Origin: Antechinus flavipes
Lineage: Eukaryota
Assembly: GCF_016432865.1 (NCBI RefSeq)
Contig: NC_067400.1
Location: forward strand, 635,128,001 to 635,192,000
Length of the DNA stretch: 64,000 nucleotides
Direction of reading: 5' to 3'
Shown here: piece by piece, positions 39,796 through 55,399 of the stretch
Numbering within the stretch: position 1 is the first letter of the stretch
Layout of the letters: each line of letters starts with the position of its first letter
Program-made: the position numbers and the translations under genes
Notes under the pieces: model-generated
What the model was told of the DNA's origin: nothing
What the model saw: only the letters and a program-made list of their open reading frames with translations
Databases searched by the model: none

Positions 39796-40249
39796 TGCCC
39801 CCTCCCCCTGCAACAGGGGCAGGGTCCCTCTCTGTGCCCATGTCTGCTGTCTGCTGCTCTGGGGCTGGGGGTGCGCCGGGAGCCGGACTGAGGGGCAGGA
39901 GACATGGGGGGATCTGGGCCTACACACATGGCGGGGGGGGGGTAAAACATGGCATCTGGGCCTACACACATGGCAGAGGCGGGGGGGCGGAACACGAGGG
40001 GATCTGGGCCTGAGGGCACAGCAAGGACAGGCCGGGGGCTGCACAGACACATGGTCTACACTCATGCAAACACACTGCCCGCCCGCTGGGAGGTGGGGGG
40101 TACCATGCTCACTCAGGGTGGGCCTGCCTGGGGCTGAGCTGGCAGCACATGCCCAGCATTCCTCTGCCTGGAGCAGCCCAGGAGGAGGGAGGGGTCTCAG
40201 CCCTCTCCCGATTGGGGGGGGGGAGTGAGCCCTTAGCGTTGCTCCCTCC

Positions 40250-43380
<3,131 letters not shown>

Positions 43381-43901
43381 GAGCCGATCCGGCTCCCTAG
43401 CCTGTCCCTAGGCTCATAGATGGGGAAACTGAGGCAGCCCGAGGAGATGAGCAGGGTTGGCTGGCACGGTCACCGTGGGCCCCACGTCTGGGCTTCCACC
43501 CCTGGAACGATCTGGTACAGTTTCCCCATTTTCTAGAGAAGTAAACTGAGGCCCAGAAAAGGCCTCAAGTCCTGCAAGTAGTGAGCAGGGGACATACAGT
43601 GGCCCTGAGTCAGGGGAGCCCCAAAGTAGGGGCTGGGGGCGGGGTCGCTGAGCTGGCTCCCCCGGCCATCCTCTGGGCTGAGGACGCATATCCGCGGGGG
43701 CCCCGAGCTCACCGCCCGAGGGCTCGGGGCTCTCCAGGGCGGAGGTGGGGAGCCCCCTCCCCTCCTTGGGGCACGCGGCGAGCGCCCTGAGGACACGAGA
43801 GGGGGGCACGTCAGGGACGCCCCCGACCCCCCAAGCCCCGGGTTCCCTTCGCACAAGCCAAGGAGCTCTCAAAGCTCGGGGGGGGTGGGATAGGCGTTTG
43901 T

Positions 43902-43907
43902 AATAAA
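43902..43907 (+). terminator. RNF225: Probable RNF225 polyadenylation signal
   Basis: First AATAAA seen downstream of the stop codon. Confidence 0.6.
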
Positions 43908-45783
43908 GGCTTGTTGATTGACTGACGGATTCCCGGCTGCATCACTGCGGTTTCCTGGCTCTTCCCGGGGAACACGAATGTTCGCGGGGAGCGGGAGGGT
44001 TTGTAACAACGAGCGGGGGGTGGGAGGTCAGCTCTTCTTCGAGGCCTTCTGAGGCTTGAAGGTCGGGTTCACAACCACATAAACCACAGAGCGGGGCGGG
44101 GGTGGGGGGGGAGTGGGGGGAAAGAGAAGGCCACACGCACGCGCAGAGGAGTCCTTCGGGTTCCTCCATCGGACTACCTATCCCAGGAGGCTTCGCGCGC
44201 TCGATGAATGACTACGCAGACGCAGGAGATTACTGGCACTGTCTTTTGCCTGCACCCCCACCCCCGCAGTTGTCATAGAAACGAGTAGACCCTTGCCCGG
44301 TATCCCCGGCGAGGAGTGTGGGCGGGAACATAGGCACCAAAGCCAGATTACGCCCCGGTAATAGAGAGACTGCACCCCGAGGCCATTGGAGCAGAGGCTA
44401 AAGAGAGGCTCCCGGTGGGCGGGCATCCTGGGGACAGAGCTTGGACCTCCACAGGGCCTAGAGCGGCCCCGCGAGAGAGAGCGGAAAAGAGGGCGACTGC
44501 GCTTCCGGTTCTGTCCGCGCCCAGGTCTACGGGAGGCGGGAGGGGACGCTGCAGGCATGCGCAGGATTCGTCCGCTAGCCCTCCCTTCCAAGTCCCGGTT
44601 GGCAGAAATGGAGGAAATGGCGGAAAGGAGGAGCAGGAGCACGGGCCCGACCCGAGAGGTCTCATAGCCCAGCCGGCCCTCAGTTTATATCTACAGAACC
44701 GTCCCCCTCTCCGCCACATGTATTAAGCACCTAATGTGTGCCCAGCACTGTGCTAAGCAGAAGGTCTCAGGGCGCTCTGTCCAGTGGGGGCCGCATCCAA
44801 AGCTGTACTTGGAGCCGGCGCGAGCAGGGAACAATTAAGCAAGGCATTAAGGCTTCCTGTAGGAGGCAGCCAGGAAGATCAGGAGGAGGCACCGGGCACA
44901 GCCCGGCCAAAAGCATGGAGGCAGGACCGGGTCCCAAAGCCCGGAGCTGCCGGACTCGGGGTTGTGTTCCCTTGGAGACACCGGGGAGCCCCTGGTGATT
45001 TGGGAGCGCAGCGGTGACTCTCAGAGCTGAGCTCCCCAGGACCTGAAGCTGGACAGCTCCGGGCAGTCACAGCTTTGACTCCCCCCTCCCCCCTCCCATT
45101 GGGAGGTCATCAGAACCAGCTAGAAAGGGAAGGGGAAGCCCCCTGCTGCTGTCAGGCGCAGTGTTTCCACTTACATAGAAGGAAACTGAGGCAGCTCAGA
45201 CTGGGGCAACGACTTCCCCAAATGGGGGAACAGTGGGTGTGGGGGCGAGTCCAGCTTTGGCTTCCACTTTCCCATCTGGAAAACGAGTGGGTGAGACTCG
45301 GTCTTCTCTGGGAGGCCCTGAGGACCCCAAGGGAAGGACTAGCCCCCTCCTCCCAAGCTGGTGCCTGGTGGGGACGCCCGAAGCTGCCCTTCCGTTCCCT
45401 GGGCTCCTCTCACTCTCATTTCCAGGCTCTGCCGCAAGTCACTGGGGCCTCGGGAAGCCGCCGGGCAAGGGACGGGAACAGGACGTGGTGGGGGCGGGGC
45501 GGGGAAGGAAGTATATCGCGCCCCTGGAGAGGAAATCCAAGATGGTGGCTCAGAGGAGACCCAGCGGAGCCCCCCACGTGTGTGACGTGTGTCAGAGCAC
45601 CCCTGAAACTTGGGGAGGCCCTGAGGAAGGGGAAGAGCTCTGACTAAAGGGGGGGAGACCCTAAGGAGGCGCTCAGCCCTTAACTAACAGCAGAGATGTC
45701 ACCACCAGGGGACGCTCTGACCACCGGGCAAGAAAGCCTTGGGGCACAGCTCCGGCCTCAGCCCACCGGAGGCACACCAGAGA

Positions 45784-45785
<2 letters not shown>

Positions 45786-45830
<45 letters not shown>

Positions 45831-47100
45831 ACGTGAACGAGTGTGAGTGAATGTGTGTGAGGATGTGTGTGAGTGTGAATGTTTGCATAAGGGTGTGAAG
45901 GAGTGGGTGAGTGTGAGAAAGAATGTGCTTGTGAAAGGGTGTGTGTGAGAAAGTGTGTATATGTCTTGTGTAAGAGTGTGTGTGTGTGTGTGAGGGTGGG
46001 GGGGATGCCAGAGAGGGTGTAAATGTGTGTGAGAGTGAAAGTGTGAGCGTGTGTGTAAATGTGTCTGTGAGGGTGGGAGTGTGTGAAAGTGTGAGAGTAT
46101 AAGTATGTGTATGAGTGTACTTGTGTGTGTAAATGTGAGTGTAAGTATGTGAGAGAGAATATGTGTATTTGTGTGTGAATGTGTGAGAAAAATGTGTGTG
46201 TGAGAAAGTGTGAGTGTAATGTATGTGAGTGTGTAAAAATGTGAAAGTGTGTGAGGGTGGAATGTCTGAGAAAGAATGTAAGTGTGAGTGTGTGTAAATG
46301 TGTCTGTGAGGGTGGGAGTGTGAATGCAAGTGTGAAAGTGTGAGAGTATGTGAGGGTGAGAGTATAAGTATGTGTATGAGTGTATTTGTGTGTGTAAATG
46401 TGAGGTGTAAGTGTGAGTACAAGTATGTGAGAGAGAATGTGTGTATTTGTGTGTGAATATGTGAGAAAAATGTGTGTGAGAAAGTGGATGTGATACATTG
46501 TATCTAGGATATACTGCAACATATCCAACATATAAAGGACTGCTTGCCATCTGGGGGAGGGGGTGGAGGGAGGGAGGGGAAAAAAATCGGAACAGAAACG
46601 AGTGCAAGCGATAATGTTGTAAAAAAAAAATTACCCTGGCATGGATTCTGTCAATATAAAGTAAGTATTAAATAAAAAATAAAAATAAATAAATAAATTT
46701 AAAAAATAATAATAATTTGGAGCAGTTTGGGGAAGAAGTTGGGTGAGTTTCTGTCTTTACTCTGCCATCTTGTCTCTGCTCTCAAGTATATTTTTTAATA
46801 AAGTACTGATCTAAAGCATCCAAAAAAAAAAAAAAGTGGATGTGAATGTGTGTGTTAGTGTCAGTGTGTGTGTATGTGTGTGAGAGAGGGTGTAAGTGTG
46901 TGTGAGTGTGTAAAAATGTGAATGTGTGTGAGGGTGGAATGTGTGAGAAAGAATGTGTGTGTGAATGTGAGAAAAATGTGTATGTGAAAGTGTGAGTGTG
47001 TGAATGTGTGTCTGTGAGTGTGAAAGTGTGAGAGGGTGTGTGTGTGTGTGTGTGATTGTATCTGAGTTTGAATGGGTCTGAGTGTGTGTGTGAACAGGTG
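45786..47100. repeat. (TG)n and degenerate TG-rich simple-repeat tract
   Basis: Pure (GT)n at 45786-45826, then a degenerate tract with internal duplications. Confidence 0.95.
46494..46835 (+). mobile_element. Severely 5'-truncated L1 3' end with extra 3' segment, poly(A) and 13-bp TSD
   Basis: L1-type 3'UTR (ctgcttgccatctgggggagggggtggagggaggg...aaattaccctggcatgg). TSD AAAGTGGATGTGA at 46481-46493 and 46833-46845. Confidence 0.85.
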
Positions 47101-47319
47101 CTGTGAGACCCATCTGACCCAGTCTAAGTGCCCCTGACAGCCCAGTGTTGTCCCTGGGGCGCAGGAAGGCTGCTGGCTGTTGAGGGACACACCAGGGAGA
47201 GGTGACTTCCTTTCTTGCTGGGAACTTTCCCCAGGACAGACTCGGGGCTGAAGGAGAGGCTGTAGCGGGGGAGGGGCCGCTAGCAGGCTGCTGGATGAAT
47301 GATGGATGATGCTAGTTAT

Positions 47320-48600
47320 ATTTAGGGTCAGGGTTAGAGTCAGGAGGCATTGAGGGTTGGGGTTAAGGTTGGGAGGTATTTAGGGTGAGGGTGAGGGTGA
47401 GGGTTACAGGGTTAGGGTTAGGGGTAGGGGTAGGGTTAGGGTTAGGTTAGGTTAGGGAGGCATTTAGGGTTGGGTTAGGGTTAGGGGTAGGGTTGGGTTA
47501 GGGTTAGGGTTAGGTTAGGTTAGGGTTAGGGTTAGGGTTAGGTTAGGGGTAGGTTANNNNNNNNNNNNNNNNNNNNNNNNNNNNNNNNNNNNNNNNNNNN
47601 NNNNNNNNNNNNNNNNNNNNNNNNNNNNNNNNNNNNNNNNNNNNNNNNNNNNNNNNNNNNNNNNNNNNNNNNNNNNNNNNNNNNNNNNNNNNNNNNNNNN
47701 NNNNNNNNNNNNNNNNNNNNNNNNNNNNNNNNNNNNNNNNNNNNNNNNNNNNNNNNNNNNNNNNNNNNNNNNNNNNNNNNNNNNNNNNNNNNNNNNNNNN
47801 NNNNNNNNNNNNNNNNNNNNNNNNNNNNNNNNNNNNNNNNNNNNNNNNNNNNNNNNNNNNNNNNNNNNNNNNNNNNNNNNNNNNNNNNNNNNNNNNNNNN
47901 NNNNNNNNNNNNNNNNNNNNNNNNNNNNNNNNNNNNNNNNNNNNNNNGAGGGGTAGGGTTAGGTTAGGGTTAGGGTTAGGTTAGGGAGGCGNNNNNNNNN
48001 NNNNNNNNNNNNNNNNNNNNNNNNNNNNNNNNNNNNNNNNNNNNNNNNNNNNNNNNNNNNNNNNNNNNNNNNNNNNNNNNNNNNNNNNNNNNNNNNNNNN
48101 NNNNNNNNNNNNNNNNNNNNNNNNNNNNNNNNNNNNNNNNNNNNNNNNNNNNNNNNNNNNNNNNNNNNNNNNNNNNNNNNNNNNNNNNNNNNNNNNNNNN
48201 NNNNNNNNNNNNNNNNNNNNNNNNNNNNNNNNNNNNNNNNNNNNNNNNNCATTGAGGGTTAGGGTTAGGGGTAGGTTAGGGTTAGGTTAGGTTANNNNNN
48301 NNNNNNNNNNNNNNNNNNNNNNNNNNNNNNNNNNNNNNNNNNNNNNNNNNNNNNNNNNNNNNNNNNNNNNNNNNNNNNNNNNNNNNNNNNNNNNNNNNNN
48401 NNNNNNNNNNNNNNNNNNNNNNNNNNNNNNNNNNNNNNNNNNNNNNNNNNNNNNNNNNNNNNNNNNNNNNNNNNNNNNNNNNNNNNNNNNNNNNNNNNNN
48501 NNNNNNNNNNNNNNNNNNNNNNNNNNNNNNNNNNNNNNAGGGTCAGGGTGAGAATTTATAGGCATTGAGGGTTGGGGTTAAGATGAGGGTTACAGGGTGA
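47320..48600 (+). repeat. Interstitial telomere-like array (TTAGGG with TTAGG/TAGGGG/TGAGGG variants) interrupted by three N gaps
   Basis: G-rich strand on plus throughout. Gaps at 47557-47947, 47992-48249 and 48295-48538. Confidence 0.92.
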
Positions 48601-49499
48601 TTTTCGGAACATGGATTACAATGTGGTTTTTGTGGACTCCAGTTGAGACTGAGTGAGCTGGGAGGGCGCCCCGAGGCCTCTTTCAGTCGCCAAGCTCAAT
48701 TTAAAGAAGAGGAATCAGAGAAATCCACGAGAAAGCTGGGTTTGGACCCACATCCGACCTTCCCCACTGACATTTCGGGGTACCGTCCCTGTGTGTTGCT
48801 CATAGGGCTTCCGTGGAATTCCGGAACCCCAGAGCTGGAGGAGCTCAGAGAGGCTGGATCTTGCCCAGGCCAGGAAGTACAACCCCCTCTTCTTACAGGT
48901 GAAGGAACTGAGGGCCACCGATGACCCCCAGCCTGGAGGCGTCTGATTTATCCTCACATGTGCCTGGCTCTATCCAGCCCCCTGCTGTACCTGCCAGCCA
49001 AAGGTCCTCCAGGAGATGTCCTATACTTCCAGGCTGGATGATGAATGAAGTCTCAGGGGCCATCCAGTGTAACCGACTCCAGAAGGGTCTCCCGCTATGA
49101 GCCCCATGGTGGTGCTCTCATCTCTGCTGGACCTCTCCCGTGGACAACCACGGCCTCCCCCCGCAGCCTATCTCATGCCGGGGCAGCTCAAAAGGTCTTA
49201 ACATGAAGCTTCCTCCCCTCCCTGCTCCGGGCTCTGCTCCCTCGACCCTCCCCTGCCCCAGCCCCAGTTCTGGTCCCCAGGCTGAGCCTGCCCACTAGCT
49301 TCACTGATGATGTCCCTCCAGGCTGTCTTTCTCTACCTCCTTGGTATTCCTTCTGAAATATGGCCCCCGTGGATAAGGTCTGAGGATGATGACTGGAGGG
49401 ATCTCATCTCCTTCCACTCCCGGGAGCACAGGACTTCTCCTGCCTTCAGAGCTTTCTGGAGACAAACTCCTGCCAGACCATGTTCCCCACACTGAGCTT

Positions 49500-49600
49500 G
49501 GGTTTTTGTTTTTTAATATTTATTTGTTACATTTTGAGTTCTGAGTTGTCTCCCTCCTTCCCAACCCACCTTTGAGAAGATTAGTGTTTGTGTGAGAGAG

Positions 49601-49649
<49 letters not shown>

Positions 49650-51830
49650 CTATGCAATACATGCACCCACAGATCAGCTCTTTCTCTGTGGGTGGATGGC
49701 ATCTTCCTCCCTTGTAGTAGATTTGAGATCTGATTGGGTTTTTAGCTACTCCTCAAACAGCGTTGCTCTGTCACCAGCCTTCTGGGAATTTCATGCGGCT
49801 CCTTCCATGTTTGTCTAAAATCACCGACCATCATTTCTCATGACAGTAGCACTCCATCAGTCTTTAATCACAGCTCACATCGGTACTCCCCAGCTGATGG
49901 CTATTCCCACAGTTTCCAACTCTTTGTCTCCACAAAGAGAGCTGCCATATATGTTCTAGACTATATCCTCCACCCCCACCCCCCATCACCTTGGGAAATG
50001 GATCAAAAAGTTTGTATACACAGTTTGATAACCCCTGGGCATAATTCCAGTTTTTTTCTAAAATGGTTGGATCATTTCACAGTTCCACCAACAATGTATT
50101 AGTATGCCCATGTTTCCATATCCCCCTCCAACATTTGGGATTTTCCCTTTCTATCTTGTTAGCCATCCAGATAAGTGTGAGAAGTTGTTTTAATTTGCAT
50201 TTCTCCAATCATTAATTTAGAGTATTTTTAATATGGCCATATATAGTTTTGATTTTTTTCTTCCCAAAACTGTCTGTTTGTATCCTTTGACCACTTATAC
50301 ACTAGGGAATGATTCATGTTCTTATAAATTTGACTAGTTTATATGTTTGAGATATGCCTTTATCAGAGAATTGGTCTATAAATAATTAGCTTCCCCTAAG
50401 TTTCTGCTTTCCTTCTAATTTTGGCTATGTTGATTTTTATTTATGCAACCCCTTTTTAATCTAAAGTAACCAAAATTATCCACTTTATATCCTTCTATGC
50501 TCCCTATTTCATGTTTATTGATCAGTTGTTTTCTTATCCATAAATCTGATAGGTAATGTGCTTCTCTAAATTTACTTATGCTATTTTTATGTCTAAGTCA
50601 TGCATCCATTTTAATATTCCCTTAGTGAATGGTATAAGATATTAGTCTATACCCAATTTCTGTCAGATGGCTTTCTAGTTTTCCTAACATTATCATCCCC
50701 AAATCTTAAATCTTTACATTTATCAAGTATATGATTACTATAATCATTTCCTACTATGTGTTGTCTACCTATCCTATTCCTCTGACCCATTATCCTTCTT
50801 AACCAGTACCAGATAGTTCTGAAAATAACTGCCTTATAATACAGTTTAAGATCTGGTAATGCTGAACCTCCTTCATTTATATTTTTTATTAATTCCTTTG
50901 TTATTCTTGATTTTTGGTTCTTCCAAATGAATGTTATTATTTTTATAGCTCAATAAAATAATTTTTAGTAGCTTAACTGAGATGGCACTGGAGAAGTAAA
51001 TTAGGTAGAGCTGTCAATTTTATTATTTTGGTTCTGCTCATGAACAATTATTATTTCTCCAGTTATTTAAATATGACTTCATATAAAAAGTATTTCATAA
51101 TTATGTTCATTTAGATCCTGGTTTTGGCTTGGCAGACATACTTTTAAGTGTTTTATATTGTCTGTGGTCATTTTAAATGAAATGTGGCTTACTATCTCTG
51201 CTTGCAGGGCATTGTTAGTGTTATATAAAAATGTTAATGTTTTAGGTGGATTACTTTATATCCCACTAGTTTGCTAAAATTATTGGTTATTTCTACTATT
51301 TTAAAAGTTGAATCTCTAGGGTTTTCCAAGTATGCCATATATCATCTGCAAAAGAAGATAGTTGTATTATCTCATTGCCCAATCTGATTCCTTCTGTTTC
51401 TTTTTCTTCACTTACTGCTATTGTTATCATTTCTATTATACTATTGAGTAATATTGGCAATAATAGTCATCCTTGTTTTACTTCTAATATTATTGGTAAG
51501 TCTTCTAGCTTATTCCCATTACAAATAATACTTGCTGATGGCTTTAGGGAGATGCTTTTTTATCATTTTAAGGAAAAATCCATTCATACCTTTTCTTTCA
51601 CATTTTTTAAAATAGAAATGGGAATTGTATTTTGCCAAGTGCCTTTTCTGTATTGATAAAATCATATGATTATGTCCATTTTTTTCTATTGAGGCAAGCC
51701 TGAATTCTTGGTATAGTCTCAGTATATATTGCTATAGTCCCCTAGCTAGTATTTTATTTAAGATTTTTGCATCGCTATTTATTCGTGAAATTGTTCTCGT
51801 TTTATTTCTATTTTCACTCTTCCTGGGTAA
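49500..51830 (-). mobile_element. Old L1 fragments (3'UTR into ORF2), with a (TG)n microsatellite at ~49590-49645
   Basis: AT-rich antisense L1 ORF2 text, e.g. ctctagggttttccaagtatgccatatatcatctgcaaaag...attgcccaatctgattcc. Confidence 0.8.
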
Positions 51831-52999
51831 GAGCACCCATAGTGTACTTCTAAGATCATTTCAAAAGCGAGTGCAGTTTTGATCTGTTTGCATCCAGTCT
51901 AAACTCTACCCTGCTAAGAACTTTGGGGAATTTCTCTGTTGTGTACCCAGTTTGTTAGCCATCTGCTAAAGGTGATGAACGTAGTGTCTGTCCATCCCCA
52001 CATCTCATTTTGCACCTGGCTGCACCTGTTTAGACTATACTCCCCTACCTGAGTATCTTCTTCCTCTCCCTCCCTTCCCTTCCAGCTGCCTCTTGTGTGC
52101 TCTTTCCCATGAGACTGAGAGGTTCTGAAAAAGCAGACTTTTTCATTTTAGTATTTGTATTCCCGTGTTTAACACAGGACCTAGCACATAATAGGTGCTT
52201 AATGAACAATTGACTGACAGATTTAAAATGTGAATTAGGCCAGGCTAGGAGATGCCTTGAGTCTCTCCAAGTAGGTGTCTCAGGAGCAGCTCATCCAGCC
52301 GGTAGTTACGGAAACCCAATGTTCTCCCGCTGCAGTCCATGCTCCTGGGGAGAAAGGGAGATACAAGCCCTGGACTACATGGTGGTGAGCTTCTGGCCGT
52401 AAGCTCTCTCCCTTCCAGTCCACCCTTCATTCAGCTCTTAAAGTTAACTTCACCTCCCTTCCTCCTAATCCCCAGGGCCTTTCCCACCACTCCAGGATCA
52501 TAGAATCCTCAGTAGTCCTTCTTAGCCTGCCTTCTTTCCCCTACCTTTTTACAGCCTCAATCGGCTGTCAAAGTCCCAGGCTCCCAATGTCCCCCGTGCT
52601 CTAGCGACACTTGGCCTCCTAGCCCATGTCACACGAGCACTCAGACACGTTCTCTGGCCTTTCCCTCCGTCGGAAAGCTCTCCCCCTCCTCTGCCACACT
52701 GTGTGATCACCCTGAATCTTCGCTATCCCCAGGATTCGCTCTCTCTTGTCCACAGTGTTTGCCTTTGTAGTCTCTCGCGTTAGACAGGGCGTTCCTTGAC
52801 GCAATTGCTGCAACTAGTTATCCGTGGCGTCTGGCCCCGAGGAGGTGCTTAATAAATGCTCGTTTCTTTCCTTCCCTCCGCGTCTGCGCCTCCGCTCTCC
52901 ATTTTGGCGGGGAGCTCTTTGGAAGCAGGGACTGACTTTCCCCGTTCTTTGTACTCCTAGCACTTAACACGGTTTCTGGCACATAGTAGAAGCGTAATA

Positions 53000-54950
53000 A
53001 ATGTGTCTCGATGGTGGACCGCCTGTTCGTGAGATCTGAGCCTTTCTCTTGCATTGTTGGGCGGGCCTCCCTCCCAGCCGGCGGCCAGCGCCTTCCATCC
53101 CCTTAGGACAGGGGGATCCTTTCCCCTGTCCCCCGCCCCGCCTCAGCCCCGGCAGCTCAGGCCGACCGTGCGTGAGGCGGCCAGCGCCCGGCGCAGAGCC
53201 CCCTGCATGTCCCGGTTGCGCAGAGTGTAGATGGCCGGGTAGAGGAGGGGAGTGAGGTAGATGTAAACCAGGGACACCAGCTTATCCTGCTCCAGCGAGC
53301 GGCCCTCGAGCGGCCGCGCGTACATGGCCGTGGCGCAGCCGTAATGCAGCACGGCCACGGTCAGGTGCGAGGCCACGGTGCCCAGCGCCTTGCGGCGGCC
53401 CTCGGCCGCGGCCCCCGCGCCCAGGATGGTGGCCAGTACGCGCGCGTAGGACAGCAGGATGAGGGCCAGGGGCAGCACCAGCAGCAGGAGGCAGGCGGCC
53501 AGCAGCGCGCGCTCCTGCAGCGCCTTGTCCCCGCAGGCCAGCTCCAGCAGCGCGGGCAGGTCGCAGAAGACGTGGTTGACCAGGTGGCCGCGGCAGAAGG
53601 GCAGCTGGAAGATGGCCACGGTCAGGGCCAGGGCCAGCGCGGCTCCGCCGGCACAGCAGGCCGCCAGAAGGCGCCAGCACAGGGCGGGCGTCACCAACTG
53701 CGGGTAGCGCAGCGGGCGGCAGATGGCCAGGTAGCGGTCCAGGGCCATGGCGGCCAGCAGCAGGCACTCGGCACCTCCCAGCGCCACGAAAAGGCCCATC
53801 TGGGCCGCGCAGGCGGCGGCCGGCACCGCGTGGCCCCCGGGGGGCAGCAGGAAGCCGGCCAGCGTGCGCGGAGTCAGCACCAGGGTATAGGCCACCTCCA
53901 CGGCGGACAACGAGCCCAGGAAGAAGTACATGGGCGTGCGCAGCGCGCGGTCGGCGGCCGCCAGAGCCACGATCAGCAGGTTGCCGGCCAGCGTGGCGGC
54001 GTAGAGGGGCAGCCCCAGCGCGAAGAGCAGGGCCCGCAGCCCCCGCGGCCAGCCCGAGAAGCCCAGGATCACGAATTCGCGCGGCAGCCGGCCAGTCCAG
54101 TTGGCCTCTGGTCGCAGGCTCATGGCGGGGGCCCTGGGGAGGAATGGAGACAAGGGCTGGCCGGGGCTCGGGCCCCGCTAGGAGCTGGCACCCGACCGGG
54201 GTGGGGTGGGGGGCGGGGGAGGACGAAGCGGGCGGGGCTGCGGGGCGCGGGCTGGCGGGGATGGAGTCTGTCCTTGGACCACACACCTGGAACTTTGGAG
54301 TTGGAAGGGGCTTAGAGATCACTTAGAGATCACCGATCTCCCTGCCCGAAGCCTCCCTACCCCGATTTACACGAGCCAAACTGAGGTCCACCTAGGGTCT
54401 GAACTCGCTCAGACTCCCAGGGAGCCGGCCAGAGCTCGGTAAGGCCGCCTTGTCGGGGTAAAAGGGGCCAGCCGTCTGAATTCTCGTCTTCGCTCGCGGA
54501 GACAGATCCACGCTCGAGAGCCAGCTGTTTCGCGGCCCTGCCGAGTGCTGCCGGGTCCCCAGTGGGAGCGGGAAAGCTCCCCAGACGCCTCGAGCTCCCT
54601 GAGACTTTGCCCACAAGTGGTCAGCCCCGCAGCCTCCGCTTGCGAGCCTCCCAGGACGGGGAGCTCCCCACACCCTTAGGGAGTGTTCCTGGCGGCTGCC
54701 GGACCCCATTCCCATCGTCCCCCACTTTTTCCTTTTCCTTTCCACCTCCCCCCCCCCCCCCCAGCTTCGGGCTGGGAGCTTAGCGCGCTCTGACCCGGGC
54801 CACCCTGGTTACCTGTTTCCTCCTTCCCGGGAGTGATTCCCCACGGGAGGAGGGGAGGGAGTTGGGACACTCGTTCCGTGCTCCCCCGCGCCACACAGTA
54901 GCGACTCCTCGGGGAGGAATATCAGCGCCTCTCCAGCACCTATCCAAGAC
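53000..54950. promoter_or_regulatory. CpG island covering the OR coding region and upstream flank
   Basis: Dense CpG through the CDS and upstream sequence. Confidence 0.65.
53143..54123 (-). CDS. Olfactory receptor, family-10-like (resembles OR10AC1-type), 326 aa, intronless
   Basis: N-glycosylation site NWT, GN in TM1, LRTPMYFFL, MALDRYLAICRPLRY, PFC, FCD, SHL, LHYGCA, PAIYTLRN. Open frame. Confidence 0.95.
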   Translation of the reverse strand: MSLRPEANWTGRLPREFVILGFSGWPRGLRALLFALGLPLYAATLAGNLLIVALAAADRALRTPMYFFLGSLSAVEVAYTLVLTPRTLAGFLLPPGGHAVPAAACAAQMGLFVALGGAECLLLAAMALDRYLAICRPLRYPQLVTPALCWRLLAACCAGGAALALALTVAIFQLPFCRGHLVNHVFCDLPALLELACGDKALQERALLAACLLLLVLPLALILLSYARVLATILGAGAAAEGRRKALGTVASHLTVAVLHYGCATAMYARPLEGRSLEQDKLVSLVYIYLTPLLYPAIYTLRNRDMQGALRRALAASRTVGLSCRG

Positions 54951-55399
54951 TGTGGTCGCAGTTGTCTGCTGACCTTGGGGGAAGGAAGCTTAAACTCCTA
55001 CTATGTGCCAGCCTGGGACACGAGAAAGTGGGCCAGTTAACAGCTCGGCTCGGTAACAGGGAGCATCTGAGCGTCTCCTTCCCAGCGTTGTCGTGAAAAT
55101 CCGGTGTGAAATAGCCAAGGAAAGCACCTGGTACGGTGACTGGCACACAGTGGGAACCATGTAAATGCTTATTCAGCCGCCTCCCCCAACCCTCCTGTCT
55201 CCCACCACCGCCAACCCCTCAAGCCAGGACTGCTCCTGGACCCCTCAACTTCTCTCCTCTCCTTCTACTGGGGTGCCAAGGCCTGTCCCTATCATCTCCC
55301 CAACATCAGCCCCCTTACCTCCTCTGGCGCTGCCCCTGGCTCCTCATGTCTGGACTGTTGCAAGCAGGGGGTAAGCTTGCTCCAAGCCTCCCCCCCTGC

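Noticed and set aside
45673-47190. His/Thr-rich ORFs
   Set aside because: Translations of (CA)n-type simple repeat.
53282-54322. 346-aa minus alternative frame and 323-aa plus ORF over the OR
   Set aside because: Stop-codon scarcity in very GC-rich DNA, with no recognisable domains.
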